A stretch of DNA of 64,000 nucleotides from Bugula neritina (taxonomy: Eukaryota; Animalia; Bryozoa): assembly GCA_964035545.1 (NCBI GenBank), contig OZ037771.1:12771133-12835132 (forward strand). Reading direction: 5' to 3'. Made by a program: the position numbers and the translations under genes. This document shows positions 1 to 14,091 of the stretch, one piece after another. The notes under the pieces are model-generated. The model made no database searches. It was not told where the DNA came from and was given only the letters and a program-made list of their open reading frames with translations. The stretch's first letter is position 1. Every line of letters starts with the position of its first letter.

Positions 1-2364
1 TCCTTGACGACATTTACACCATAATCTATAGAGTCATGTTTAGCACAGGACAGAGAGGGGTATAGTACTTCCCCTAACCATTACAACATAACACTTTATT
101 GCTTAAATGTTGTTTTCATGCACACTTAACCAGAAAGTTGAAACAAATTCATGCAAGCCAAACATAATTGCACATAATCTGACAATCTGTTTAAATGCCA
201 AGTTTGAACATCTTCAAAACTTATGTCTATAATGCGCATAGTTGCTAAATCATATAAACTATTTTTTTAGAATTGTTGTATGAATGACTAGCTCCAAAAC
301 TTGTTACAATATTGTAGTCCTGAATTCTAGATTCATAAATCATCACAATAAATTGAATAAAATATAATTCAAATATTCACAGTAGCCTATATTTTACGAC
401 TCTTTTTAATATATATTATCATAGATTCAAAGAAGTTAGAAATTATCTAATGTGCTGTTGAATATTGACTATTTCATAATTTTATTGCCTTTCTACACTT
501 TTTAAACAAACTGCTATAGTTGTGTAAATTGCTAAAAATTATACTTGCATGATTGTAGTCTGTAGATTTCCAGTAATATTTCATAGCACCCTTTAGAAGT
601 TTCTGCATCATAGTATAAATTTAACTAAGTTGGTTGCATAATTTGTATTTTATTCAACAGAATGGAAGTAACTAGTAAGCATCAAAAATTCATACAAAAA
701 GTGCAAATTCTTTTATTTTAAGTTATTTACATATCTCTATTTTATTTAGGTACAGTAATTTGCATTGTATATGTTTTATTACCACCCAAGGCATAGTTAA
801 AAATATTTATACTTCCGAGTCTAGAACTATAATAATATTACTTCTTTCTAGTTATATTGATAGAGTTATTTTCTTAATCAGTTTGATATCTTGCTGGAGC
901 TGCATGCAGTCTAAATCAGTCTTTATCGTAAAACAGATTTAGCTCAACGATATATAATTCAGTGAAGACTATGAATGACCTACAGAAGTGGAGGTCAAAC
1001 TAACAGACGAGCTTGTTAGGCTATTTTTAGACCTGCGAGTTTGCCACACCGTTTTTCAACTTTGCTGGGTTTGCACCACTACATTACTGATTACTCATAT
1101 ACAATTCGAAAAGCTCAAGATGAGTATAAAAAGAAAAGGTTAGTCATTTAAATTTGCCGATACTGAGTGACAGCAGGTATTTAACAAATTGAAATTCAAA
1201 TTGCAAGACCGAGGCGATGTGAACGAAATTGAAATTAAATAATAAAATATGAAAAATCAATCACATTGCCAATGGACCAGGACTTAAAGTTGCTGTTAGA
1301 CGATCACGATAATAAATAAATTAATGAAAATGATCATACCTAATACCGGTATACTGATAATCATAATGATATTCATGCTACTATTAGTATTACTAATACT
1401 AATAGTAATAGTAATACTAATACTAATGCTAATAGTAATAGTACTATCTATCAGTATCTAATATCTAAGACTAATACTAATAGTATTGCTATTAGTATTA
1501 GTATTAGTCTTAGATACTAGAAGTAAAACTAAAAGTAGATAGGTCATAATCAATATCATAACTATATTCATATTGATCTAATAAATATAATATTAATAAT
1601 TATTTGTCTATCAATATTCATGTTGATCTTTTCAATTTCTTTATTTTATTATAATATATAAACCACAGACAATAACTATAACTGAGTATAATATTATTAT
1701 AAGTATAAGTGAATAATTATACCTTTAAACACCTTTAAAACTATCGAACACTCCGAAACATTTATGATTTAAGGTTATAGAAGTGACTAATTTGTTTTAC
1801 AGTGTGGCATTTGTTTGACTACAAATTTACTGAAATTGTGTTAACTATTTTGTATATGCTCCCTCTGGTGTCTATAATAGTTCTTAGTAAGAAACTATCA
1901 TCTTTTTATTAGGAAAATATCTTTAGTTCCAGTTTAATTTAAAAAGACTACTATTAGTGAAGGAAACGAGAAATTTTTGACCGGTGACCCTGGTTAAGGA
2001 AGATGCAGGTTTTTGGGCTTCATAACAACATTGCTAGTTGATAGATATGATGCCAGTGTGATACCCGCAGGAAATGTGCAGCTACTAATAAAGCTTGTAT
2101 TATTTTGATGAGTATTTGTTAGATGTTTGCCTGCATATCTCGCTGACTGTCAGCAATCATGACTACTATTTCCTTGAGCCCATCAACCTTGTGCTCAAGA
2201 CTGGGAACTAGATTGGTGCCAGCCTCGCTTATGTCTTCTTTTGAGCACTTGCGTTTGTTTGTTTTGTGAGTGTTACTGGACACTGGCACCCGCACTGGTG
2301 TGATTTTTTTTTCTTCTTCCGATGACATGTTAGAGAGAGAGAGAGGCAAGCATTTGTCAGTGTT

Positions 2365-2600
2365 GACAGTGCTGGTGTCTTGCACGTCTAGCCATAAGAC
2401 TCTTAATGTTGTTATCTGAGTTGAATGTCTGTCTGGTATGAAGGTTTTGCCTCCATTTAGTACGATCATAGGAAAGTGTGGTAAAGCTGCTGGGATTTAT
2501 ATGGAAGTCTTTGAGATCTTGCTTTAAGACATCTTTAAGCCTTCGATAAGGTCTCCCAGTTTGACTTGTTGAGTATAATTATTCATTATGTCTCTGTAAA
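2365..2600 (-). mobile_element. 3' fragment of an RTE-clade non-LTR retrotransposon (LINE)
   Basis: A minus-strand frame reads TGRPYRRLKDVLKQDLKDFHINPSSFTTLSYDRTKWRQNLH...LMARRARH. This fits the GRPxxRxKDxLKxDL...DRxxWR C-terminal pattern of RTE ORFs. Confidence 0.6.
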
Positions 2601-2864
2601 ACTAAGTTTAGATCCTAAAAGCTTTTGTCCGTGGCTGGTTTCTCATCACTGCCTTAATAACTGCATAGACAGTAATTAATAATTTTTCATGAAAGTTTCA
2701 TACTAATAGAAATAGCACGATACAGCATTTACAAATTTTAGATATGATCATGTGTAAATACTTCTGTAGTAAATTCTACTTGTTGAATTAAAATTCCAGT
2801 CTTGTAGAATATGATCCTGGAGTCACTTGAAAAGTTCAGCACAAGAGTAGTCACCACTTAGCAC

Positions 2865-3455
2865 TATACAATTGGCTAATCTTAGCACATTATATTATAT
2901 TTAGTTAGAAATTTTAATGCTCCTAATACAAAAAACAGGGAGGGAAATTTGATGCTTGCATTATAATAGCTCAAGTCTTGCAACTTAACTGAAAATCATT
3001 ACTATATATTAATTTCTATTCTGCAATACGATTGGCTAATCCCAACACATTAGATTATATTTAGCTAGAACAAAATCTTTAAATATCAACATGGTATATC
3101 ATATATACTACCTTTTTAGCTATTCCATCAACTGTTTTTATAAAGTTTTCATAACTTTGTTTTCTGTTTGTATCCCTCTCAAAACTTGTCATTATTCTAG
3201 AACAAGAATCAAAATAATCTAAACCACTCACAGGTCTTACAACTTGACTGAAAACCATTACTATAGACTAATTTCTGCTCTACTATGCAATTGGCAGAGT
3301 ATATTTAGCTAGAACCCTATCTTCAAATATCAACATATATACTACCTTTTCAGCTATCCTATCAACTTTTTTCATAAAGTTTTCATAACTTTCTCTTGTC
3401 ATCCATTAGGGAATCGTGGTGTTTCTCAAACTTGTTATTATTCTAGAACAAGAAT
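2865..3455. repeat. Degenerate local tandem duplication (~260 bp period)
   Basis: Blocks such as ATTGGC..TATATTTAG(C/T)TAGAA (2870, 3031, 3290) and CCATCAACT..TAAAGTTTTCATAACTTT..TTATTCTAGAACAAGAAT recur. Confidence 0.6.
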
Positions 3456-6400
3456 TGGTGTATCCTAAAAGTTGAGACCTCAACTATACATGATAAGGTG
3501 CTCAGTCTAAGCCATACCTCTACCACTGGGTATATTAAAATATATAATTTGTACTATTGGTTATATTAAAAATTTTGCACCATTAGTTGTAATAAAATAT
3601 AAACTTTATGCTATTTGTTATGTTGTATATTAAAAATATACAGGTTGTACATTTAGTTTACTACAAATTAAACTCAGATCTTGTAATCACTGAACTCTAC
3701 ATACACTGGTGCAATTGAAAAAAGAAAGTGTATGGAATGTCAAAAAGCACCTGGCTCTAAATATCGAATGGCTTTAGGATTGATGGAACTATGAGAAAAT
3801 AGCAAGACAAAAAGTTGTACTAATAATGGATTTTTTTAACACGTGGTACAAAACATCTTTTTCTCAACGTGCAACAAAATTTCAAACTCTACAAGCTAGA
3901 CATGACTGCATGAATTGCCACTACATAATGACCGGTATGTTTTTTGCGCAGTACAATTTCTCCAAAACATGCATTATAAGACTGAGCGATATACTGTAGT
4001 TTTTAACTCAATAGTTTGAAATTTATGGTTGATATTGTCACTGATGTACAGAGCATTTTACTTGTATTCTAATAACATGCAATATACTCTATTGAGTATT
4101 TAACTCTGACCGAGGCTGGATACTAATTTGTAAGTTTGTCACTGTGTTGCATGGAGTGGTTCACTGGTTCTTTATTTACTTATCTTATATACCGTGAAAC
4201 CTAAATTAACACAAGTTATACCAATACAGAAACAAAATAGAAACAAAACAATAAACGTAGATAGTGTAAAACAACTATGGTGAAATACAAAATTAAATAC
4301 AAGACTTTATGAACAAACTACAAAATTAAACAAATGAAACTCTACTGACTTTTGGTCTTCTGCTGACACACTATATTTTATGCAGAATTTACAATAATTT
4401 ACAACAGATCTGAAAGTAAATGATTACAGAAGCTGCAACTAAATCCAGTACACATCCGTCAGTTAGCTACATAACGAAGCCCCATTGCCCATTGAATTAC
4501 AAGCCATTTAAAAGCCACGCAAGCAAGCATGGATTAGGTACAGCGGAGAGTCGAGCACCAGGCAATCCATAAACCTAAGCTTCCCCAACTACAAAGCCTT
4601 GGGTAGCCAGAGTAAACTAAGAGATGACCATTATATCTTTGCAGACCCTTTTCACATGTCCCTTTAGGGACATTTAAGATTTGAAGTTATCTCTTCCCAC
4701 CAGATGCAATGGGGAGTCTCCATGATGAAAAGAAAGCACATAAAATTTATAGAAATTTGAGTTTGTGTGAAGACTATTGCTATCACGAGTTTCATTTTTT
4801 CTGAGATAAATATTGTAACCTCTCACATAATTATTTTGTTTGTCAGTTCTTTAAGAACCCAATTCTGCTTTTCTTTAGGCTTAATAATCGTCTAGATTTT
4901 TTTATAATGATCACCAATTTTTCATAATCAATATTTGGCTGTATTACAGTCGGGTAAATAATTTTCTCTCTCTCCATTGTGTTTTGCCCTTGGCGATCAT
5001 AAATTCAAATAAAATGCTCTATAAATAGCTCCGTGCATTACCTGCCTTGATTAAAAATTGGAGATAGTTGTTTTTAAATGCCTAAACATTGATAAATAAT
5101 GCACCGCATACATTTAGTTGTATGTGCTCCAATTTGCATGTAGGTTTCAATCTGCAAAACTTCTTTTCAAAATTGTAGTGCTTGTTGTGTTCATATGATT
5201 GCACGATGATTTTTGTTTCTGCATTTTGGTTTGCAACTTTTTTTCTGTTTTTTTTCATTTAGGTACCTAATTAGAATATTAGGTGGCTATCGTTGATATA
5301 GACTTCAAATTCTACGTTTTTCATGCAAAAGTAAAATCTTAGACATTCTTTTTTATGACGTCGGTTGATCAAACTCTTGGCAATTTCTAGCACTTTTTTT
5401 CAACTCAACTAACTGAAATTTTGATGGTCATGAAAAAATAGTTCACATATATAAGCAATATATAACTATTATCGTAAGTTTTGTCATGAGTTTCAGAAGC
5501 TTACATTGTAGGGTGCAGCAAAACTCTTTTTAGCAAGTTTTTTCAACGTGAAATACTGATAGTTTCTTTAGACACAGCATCAATGTAACTCGTACTCTTA
5601 GTCAGCGATGCGTACACACTACACAACTTCATTTTGGCAAATAGCGAGCAAAGTTGCAGCTTATTTTCGCTACTTGCCTAGACATATTTAAATGGTAGGC
5701 TTAGAAAATTGTGAATTGTTTGCAGCTTGGATGAGTTTTCTGCTTATGTATATAATGTAATTTATTTTGCTTATATATCTGGTCTCTGATTTGTGCCTTG
5801 TGTACAGCAGTTACAGGTCCTCACTAATTGCACCACATACTGACAGTAATAATGTGTAACCATACCATTTCCATATAAATGATTAGGCTACAGCAAGATT
5901 TTACTGTACACAGTACAGTATATGATTTCTTGTATTTTTTCATTCCCTGTTTAGTGCAAACAGTGCATGTTGTGATGTTGTTCTCTATATTCGCAGAAAA
6001 AAGACTCCCAATTCTCACAATAAATCCTTCTCTGTAACATCTATAAAGTTACAAACTTAATTGGTATTGGTGAAAACAGTGCAACTGCTATAACTGTTTT
6101 AGGTAATTTTAATATACCCAAAATAATTAAATTAACAACTCGCTTGGCTATGAGTTTATGATATTAAATATAAATAAATAGCATCAATATATTACTATAT
6201 TCCTGGTGTTTTGGTGGTCTAGGAATCTTAGACTCGATGTAACAGCCAAGTAAAATATGTCATTTTCTAGATATAACACAACAATGGAGTAAAATTGGCT
6301 ATGTTAGCGAAAGGCGGACTCTTTATTCTCGCATCAAATACTTCTCTTTAACATATATATAAAGTTGCAAACTCAATTGTGAGAATAGTGCAACTGAGGA

Positions 6401-7235
6401 TTGAAATTTTATCTGGTGAAATTTGCTCAAATGTAATTTTGCTAAACACAGATTGATGTTTGCAAGTTGAAAATTTTTGTTGTTCCTGTGGTGCAGAAAA
6501 ATAAAGATAAAACTTTACGAAACATCTATAACTTAGAGTTTGGTTGCCAGGCTTTTTTAGGTGCACTTGTTGTGGGCTTCTGTTTTTAGTTTAAGACTAA
6601 CTTTTAACTTAGTGAGTCTGTCCATAAAAATTTAGTAATTGTCAAATAGACTTGGGGGTTCTAAATTAAGTTGTTCTTTTTGGAAATTGAAAAAGTCAAT
6701 TTTTCACCTGGATGTCATAAATGCGATTTATGCCTTATTACAGTTTTGTATTCATATATACAACTATTATTTAGCTTTTGTGACTACCGAGTAAAATTTT
6801 GTCACCAGATAAGTCTAATTGAATGGTTTATAATAGATTCCAACCATCTTTTTTTCTTTTAGCTTACACCTGTGATTTCTTTTGCAGTGTTAGCAGCAGA
6901 TACAGATAAAAACTACAATAACTGTATCCTCTCAGTAATCAAACCTATGCAGCTGAAATTTCACCTATATATTATTTTGAAGGAGCATCCTTTATGAGGT
7001 GCATGCACTGCTACAAGCTTTTTCCAATTTCTGAACAATTCCTCTAGACCTTTACCCTATGATATTTGATTAGCGGGTGTCCTTGACAAGTTCAGTGGCT
7101 ATTCAGTCATTGAATTTGTCACTAAACAGAAAATTGTTCACCTCTGTCAATTTTTTTCAACTACTCCGTTGTGCTATTTCTACTTTTTTAATATTGTAGT
7201 GAATTTGTGATATATTCAAGAAAGTGCAAAATGGC

Positions 7236-9386
7236 TTAAAATCGGTTGTTCTTCACTACTAGATCCGGTTTCAGCAAACCCTCATCAGTCCGGAACCTAG
7301 GTTCCCATTCTACTTTAAACCCTGCCTTTGTCATACTTTCTGATACGAATTTACATATTGCGTTGTGTCTCCTGATCCTTGCTCCGTGAGAGTGGGGGCA
7401 CTGCTGTAGAATGTGCGCGACATTGTTCGGTGCATTAATGCACACTGGATAACTTCTTGGGTGTGTACTGGACATGCGGGACAACATCATGCCGCTGGGC
7501 AAGAGATTGTGCCTTAAATACATGGCTCTGATGAAGTCCCGCCTTGTCAGCCACGAGTGATTTGATGTCTTAACCCATTGATAAACCTTGGGATATGTTT
7601 GATGGTGGATGAGTCCTTTCCCGTCTACCGAGTTATGTAAAAGTTCTCGAAAATGTTCTTTGATGTTTTCCCTGGATGTCACGGGAGTTCCTGCGATGGT
7701 CAGCGCTGGGGTGGGTAGATTGCCAGTAATGACATTAGTTAGCGGGTCATCATATGTTATTAATCTGCAGTTTCTGGTGTACCTTAAAAGCGGTGCTTGG
7801 AATAGAAAAGATGGGATACCAAGCCCGCCGTCTTCAGTCGCTGTGTGGACAATTGCTTTTGAACAGTTGATCTTGATTTTCAGCCATTGCTTGACAAATG
7901 CTCTTGTCAGCGAGTCTAGATGTTTGAGGCTGCCACTGCATACCGTTGATATGACTAATTGGTGTAGCAATTTTGGGAATAAGTGCTCTCTTTTGAGTCT
8001 TTGTTGAGGTTTGAGGGGCGCTTTTGTTATGTTGTTCATAGCTTTCATAAAGTCTTCTTTGGGTGTGTGAATTGCTCCTAAAGCCCCTATTTTTGCACCC
8101 AGGTATTTGTAGGTGTCATTGATGGTCAGTGCTGCAATTTCCTTCTGATCGACTTTAAGTATGGTTCGTGGATTGCACACTCATTTTTTTCGCTTGCAAG
8201 TTATTCCTAATGTGGCACTTTTCTTGTAGTTAATTGTAAGTCCACACAACGCTAATTGCTCTTCCAATATTTTAAAATTCTGCTTCAGTCCCGCGTCTGT
8301 TTTACTAAAAAGAACGATGTCGTCTGCGTACGCCATGAATGTTATGGTAGCGCCATTGTTAAATTGATAGTTGATGTTACTGTCCAGGTTTTCTGTCCAT
8401 AATTCCATTACCGCATTGAAGAAATGTACTGATAGTGGGTCTCCTTGCTTAATGCCTCGGTTTATCTCAAGTTCCCTTCCCATTCTTCCTGGTAGTTTCA
8501 ATCTGCTTTTAAGATATTTAATTAGGTGTTCTGGAATGCCTAGTCTTTTGCATGCAGCCCATAGTGTTTGGTACGAAACACTATCAAACGCCTTAGATAC
8601 GTCTATAAACGCTAGCTTGAGATTTTTGTACTTTTCCTTTGCCTCGCCGATTGTTTTTTGGAGCAGCTTGGTATTAAAATAAAGGCCATCGCCTTTTTTA
8701 AAGCCCTTCTGGCGGTCGTTGTAGGGAAGTGTGTTTGCAAAGCGGTCACCGAGAATACAATGGTATAGTCTGCTAAAAGTAGAGGTTACAGTGATTGGTC
8801 TAAATTCTCCTGGATCAGTGGTGCCAATGACCTTTGGTATAAGTGTAGTAATTCCCTTGGGCATGCTTGATGGTGACATACCGCTTACCAGCCACAGGCT
8901 ACAACATGAGTCGAGTAGTGTCATGTTCATTCTCTCAAGATCTTTTCATGTGTATCCATCTAAGCCCGGGGAACCTTTGTTCTTTCCTAAAACATCTTTA
9001 ATTTCTGTTGGTGTGATTGGTTGCAATAGTTCATTATAAACATGATGCGCTTCTAGATGTCGGTTGTCAGCTGTTGACCTACTCTCAAAGATGTTCCTCC
9101 AGTAAGCTTCGGTCGTAGGTGGAATTGAGGCCTCCTCATCCCCATAAGTGCCTGAGATAATCTGTTGAGTGATTGTCTTCGGATCCAATTTTAAACTATT
9201 TTGCACTTTCTTGAATATATCTTTTCTCCTCCTACCCGATGTCACCTTTTTTCTTTGATGTATCACTTTCGTACTTTTTATTGATGCTCTTTTACTGGGG
9301 AAGTTTGATTCAAATACTTCATCTATAAAATTTTGGCATCCAATTGAAGTTTTAGGGTCTGTTGATAGTACCATTTTACTACACAT
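7236..9386 (-). mobile_element. Decayed R2-clade non-LTR retrotransposon (RT plus start of restriction-like endonuclease), truncated at both ends
   Basis: Three listed ORFs share one frame and are separated by TGA codons. Motifs: SPGLDG, EFRPIT, QKGF, DVSKAFDSV, GIKQGDPLS, YADD, KAPLKPQQRL, GGLGI, SVDGKGL, HILQQC..HGARIRRHN, KPDL. Confidence 0.9.
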
Positions 9387-11239
9387 CCATAGCTAGTAAT
9401 TACTGTCTAGCCGAGTCTAGAAGAGACGCTATGCATTACGGTTGTTAGCTGTCACGCTAATTGATCTGCTGCCATTGTAGACATCATGTCATGATGCACA
9501 AAAGGAATAAGTAACGAGGAGTTATTCTTTCGATAATAATAATAAGAATAATACAAAATCTCTACATCCTCCACACCTACCGAAAGGTATACTCTATAAA
9601 AAAATGTGCATTAACAATAAAAGATTAATATAAGCAGAAGAATATACAATAATATAAGTATCCTACCAGAGTAGGAATGTATAAAAGAAAGAACAGTCAC
9701 ACCGATATGATTTGGTGTAGAACCCAACACCAGATCCTGTAAGGTAGCATGAGTATAAGTGGAAGGGGGTTTGTCCTCGAGCAGTCTGAACCTGTTATTT
9801 TCATCTGCTGGATCACAGTTTTACATTGCGTTAACAATAAGGCCCTTGGTAGAGCCATACGAAGAAGAGATGAGAAGCACACCCATCCAGTCAAAGCCAA
9901 GCATCGGTCTTGGTGGCGCCGGCATGCTACCAAAGAATCAAGTGTGGCAAAAAAGTAGTGTTTTGATTCCTGGCCAAAGAAATGTAGGATATCTTGACTT
10001 GCATTATTTGTTTTTAACTATTATTCGAATCTAGCCAATTAATAGACCAAAGCACCATGATAGGGCTACGGGGAAGAGAAAGAGGGGGGGAAGAGCCCGT
10101 TGTTATTTCCTGCATTAAGATGTCCTCGTATTATTATGATTATCAGTCATGCAGTTAATTAATATTAATTACTATTATTTATCGTCACCACGTCCGAAAT
10201 TCCTTGATTTAGAAGAACAGAAGGACACCATCCGCCACGTCAGCCACCTGGTCTGCTATGCTAGTCTTTCAAGAATCAAGTGAATGCAAGAAAAGGGGAA
10301 CGATGGGTGACTGCGTGACGGTGGTGTCAAGAAAAGAATGCCAGCTCCTCGCTAAAGTCTCACCTGCAACAGAATACCAAAATCTGTTGTAGGGGTTTCC
10401 ACCCAGACAGTACGACACCGACGACCGAGTCTCGCAGTCTATCAACCCACTGTGTAGCGTCGCCACTAACTATAGATGAGTTGTACTGGTGTTGGTTTTC
10501 GTAACTTTATTTTTACGTATTCCAACTGCCGTAAGAAACTGTAAAAGTATGTTATTAATATATGCAACTATAACAGGTTTTTAAAATAAAACAAACAGAA
10601 ATTATTTATGAAATTGTAAAATATTCAAACATATATACAGATCTTGAATTAATCACCTCTTGCCTTCTTTTAGTGGCTAGCTAGGGTGAGTTTATTTCTA
10701 TGAAACGGTATTACAGGTCTACTAAAAATATCAAACTATAATAAAAATGACATTAAGTGATAACTGCAATTAGACAAATGTTAAGACAATTAGTAAAAAT
10801 GAATGTATAGCCCATAGACAGGGATTAAAACTTGTATTCAATGTTCACTTGAATTAGTAGCTGCATTAAAATACTGTAAGTGTAAAAATAAGGCTTTAAC
10901 TGCCAACTAGAATACTATCTAGTGACAAACTAATCAATCACTGGAGAGCCTGCCTTAAGAATTTGTAATTTTATGAGAAATCTATTATGAAGTAAACACA
11001 TAGCCATAAATTCTATCATGCACCGACCACACTGGCATTCTAAAAATTGTCAAATTTATAAACATGTTTAATAAACCAAATAGTTATTCTTATAGTTGAA
11101 ATAGATAAAAATACTTAAGGAAAGCTTCAAATTATTACAAATACTGAAGAACAAAACTAACCTGTGCCTCTTTAAGTTAATTCCAATTTAAATTCACTTG
11201 TATTTTATTAATTATATCATTTAAAATTGATTTTATTGA

Positions 11240-12512
11240 TGTGATAAGCTTGCATCGCTAGCGCGCTACTATTCTACAAACTGTTGGGTCAACGTCTGCA
11301 CTCAAACATCCGGGCTGCCTAAGCGTAAAGCCACAGCCAATGAGCGAGAGCGTGCTGTTATCTAATTAATGAATCTACAACTAGCAGTCATTGCGTAGGC
11401 GAGAATCACGTGATGCGATAACCTATTTGAGTGGAACGTTATGCTAAACGCAACGCTGAGTGCTCGATTAACTATTATGTATTCATTACACTACATTACT
11501 TTTACTGCTTGAATTAGTTATGTTCAGTGCTAACTTTACACACTGATTATCTAAATTATACGGGCGACCGCCTCACTCTACATCGTCAGTGAAATCATCT
11601 GACTCAGAAAACCAACTTTATCGTTATGATAAAGCGAGACTGATTTTATGCTACTAGAGGGAATTCTACTTAAATAATAGAATTGTGCTAGTAGACTTAC
11701 CATAAGACAGTCATGACGCCAGTCTACTGTCCACTTAGGCTTCGTAGTGTGACAGTTAACATTGAAAAGACCGCTCTTCCAGTGAAAGTAATTACATAAT
11801 CCCCTTTCACTAGCGAGCTGGCTTCGCTCTTTTCTATGCCCCCCCCCCGGTGGTGTTATTATAATATATGTACGCCACTGAGTATGCAATTCGCAGTTGT
11901 GTTCCCTTGTATCTAGGAATTGCTACTCTCAATTGCTTGTGTCCCCCAGTGGTGTTATTATAATATATGTACACCACTGGGTATGCAATTCACAGTTGTG
12001 TTTCCTTGTATCTAGGAATTGCAACTCTCAATTGCTTATCCCCCCAGATTTATTTTATGATAGCTGATGGATGTTTATCCACTGCATCACACAAGAAATC
12101 TTTCAAGTAAGATGGTGGCGCCCTAGTACGTTGGCTATGCTCCAACTGTACTGGGGGGTTTGCTGTTACTGGTGACTCTACCACCACGGGTGGTGTCGCC
12201 AGTATGGGGGGTCCACCAGTACGGGTGGTTCTCTCCTAGCTGCCTCTTCCTCATGAATTTGAAGAATTCCCATCTCATCAGGGGTGACAGGCGTGTCGGC
12301 CGGCTCCACGGTGATGGAGCCTGCTCGGACCGGCTTTCCCGTGTGTCGGCCGCCTCCTCCTGGGGTGGGGGCGGCCGGGGCGGGTTGGTCGGCACGTCGG
12401 CTGCTCCCTCTTGATCTGGCAGCACGTCCTCTATCTCTTTGTACGCCATACCTCGCCCTCTCATGGGAGGGCGGCGTGCCACTCTAAGAGTGAAGTTTTT
12501 GGTGAAGTACAT
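11240..12512 (-). mobile_element. 3' end of a Gypsy-like LTR retrotransposon: pol tail, PPT and 3' LTR (~11240-11796)
   Basis: The minus frame ends ...VQLEHSQRTRAPPSYLKDFLCD..K*, a typical integrase-tail RxRxPPxYLKD motif. A purine tract GAAAGGGGATTA precedes TGTAAT. On the plus strand the putative LTR is bounded by TGTGAT...ATTACA. There is a ~99-bp tandem duplication at 11849-12045. Confidence 0.6.
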
Positions 12513-12559
12513 GCCTATAGAACCTTATGTGACAACAACCTAAATATTGCAAATGCCTT

Positions 12560-13130
12560 TGAGTCTATTATTTGATGTTTTTCTGCAAACTTACCATCTC
12601 TCCCACAAACACGCATCACTCTGGCATCCTCCAGGAAAAAAGTTTAACTTGACCGAAGCATTTTGCTTAGGCACGGCACTATTTGTTGAAAGCTTATTGA
12701 CTTCAACTTGGAGAGTCTTTGCCGGTTTGAGCTTTGTAGTATGATTTTCTGGGAGACTTGATGATTTTTTTTTTACTCTTCTATTCTCTCAATACCCTGA
12801 GTTTGGGATTTGCTTATTGTTCTGCTAGGCATAGTCTTGAAAAGTTTAAATACTTTTTAGTGCATGCACCCTGGTCTTTGGCTATTTTTGATGATTTTCA
12901 TGTTTGTTTGGAAAAGAGTCTTCAACAGTCAGCTGTATCTACTAAATTCTTTTGCAAGACTGAACAATGTTGTTTTGTGTGCATTTCTTGTTTTTAATAA
13001 AAAATACTCGCTGATCGCTTCTTTTGCCTCTCCGCCGACAAAATTTTCCAGTTTATGCATTTTTATAGACGTAATTATAATATCCTGCATGCTTAAAAGT
13101 AAACATGACAGCATAATGCAAAATGATAGA
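12560..13130 (-). mobile_element. Degenerate BEL/Pao-like gag fragment
   Basis: KMHKLENFVGGEAKEAISEYFLLKT..NAHKTTLFSLAKEF resembles the BEL/Pao gag LxxFVxGEAKxAIxGYF..AY segment. Multiple stops follow. Confidence 0.45.
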
Positions 13131-13279
13131 TATTACAATTGTGTTTTTCAGCTGCTGGTGTGAGAATTGGGCTATTTTCTGTCGAATCCATGAGTTCTAT
13201 GCTTAAACTGAGTGAAGGCTATAGCAGCAACTCTAAAAATAAGTTGATAATACCAACATCATACATGGCTATTAGATAG

Positions 13280-13655
13280 CTATTTCTCAATTTCACTCAT
13301 ATCATCTTCTGCAGTCATGGGAGCTGCCATTTCAAGGCAGACTGTTTCTTTCAACTCATTTGCAGTTATAAAAGAACTGCTATGTTATACATAAAAATGA
13401 AATATTTTATTTGACCGTTATTTACATCAGCACATGGTTGATACAGGTTTTTTTCTTGTGGTTATAGTTAATGAATGTTCTTAGTAGTGAGTATAGCAAT
13501 GGACAGGATGACATAGCAGCTTCTATAAAATGAGGTCAAAATTAGTTAGTTAGCTCCTGGAAACCTAGGCAATATATAGCTTTATAGTCATTACCAGCAA
13601 CTCTAATTACAATGATGGCAGGGGAAGTAACAGTGACAAACAATGAAAGGACCAT
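13280..13655 (-). CDS. Possible small 3-exon ORF (~85 aa), unknown; may be a pseudogene or a chance model
   Basis: Phase-compatible GT-AG exons 13655-13595, 13522-13426 and 13379-13280 end ...SSFITANELKETVCLEMAAPMTAEDDMSEIEK*. One intron is only 46 nt. Confidence 0.25.
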
Positions 13656-14091
13656 CTATCTGCTAGTATTATTGGATTTTTGCTTTATGCAGGACTTACT
13701 ATGCAATATGATGTTTATTAGCATAGCTATGGCTGCTGCCCCAAATCTCTTGACCACTTAATTACAATTACATACACATAGAAGTGTGGTCCTCAATCCC
13801 CTCCCCTTTTTAGTAGCACCAGATCACAAGCTCACCCTCTGCACTATTTCTCTTTCTGGATATATATATTCACTGACAAGAAAATGTGAATTATGTTATT
13901 AGAAAAGAAGAATGCAGCAGAAGATTGAGACAAAGATTCATAAACCACACTGTTCCTGCAGCAGCTTACACCAAAATAATGTAATCTATTATTGCTATCT
14001 ATTTACATTTAATATCATAAACTCAAAGCCAAGTGAGTAGTTGATTTTTTTGGGTATATTGAAACTACTTGAAATAGTTATAACTGTGATA

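Noticed and set aside
2119-2469. 116-aa ORF as a host gene
   Set aside because: Its 5' part overlaps the RTE fragment in another frame, and the rest has no recognisable domain or splice support.
5636-5682. Helitron 3' end (hairpin plus CTAG)
   Set aside because: Hairpin size and spacing do not fit, and no matching 5' end was found.
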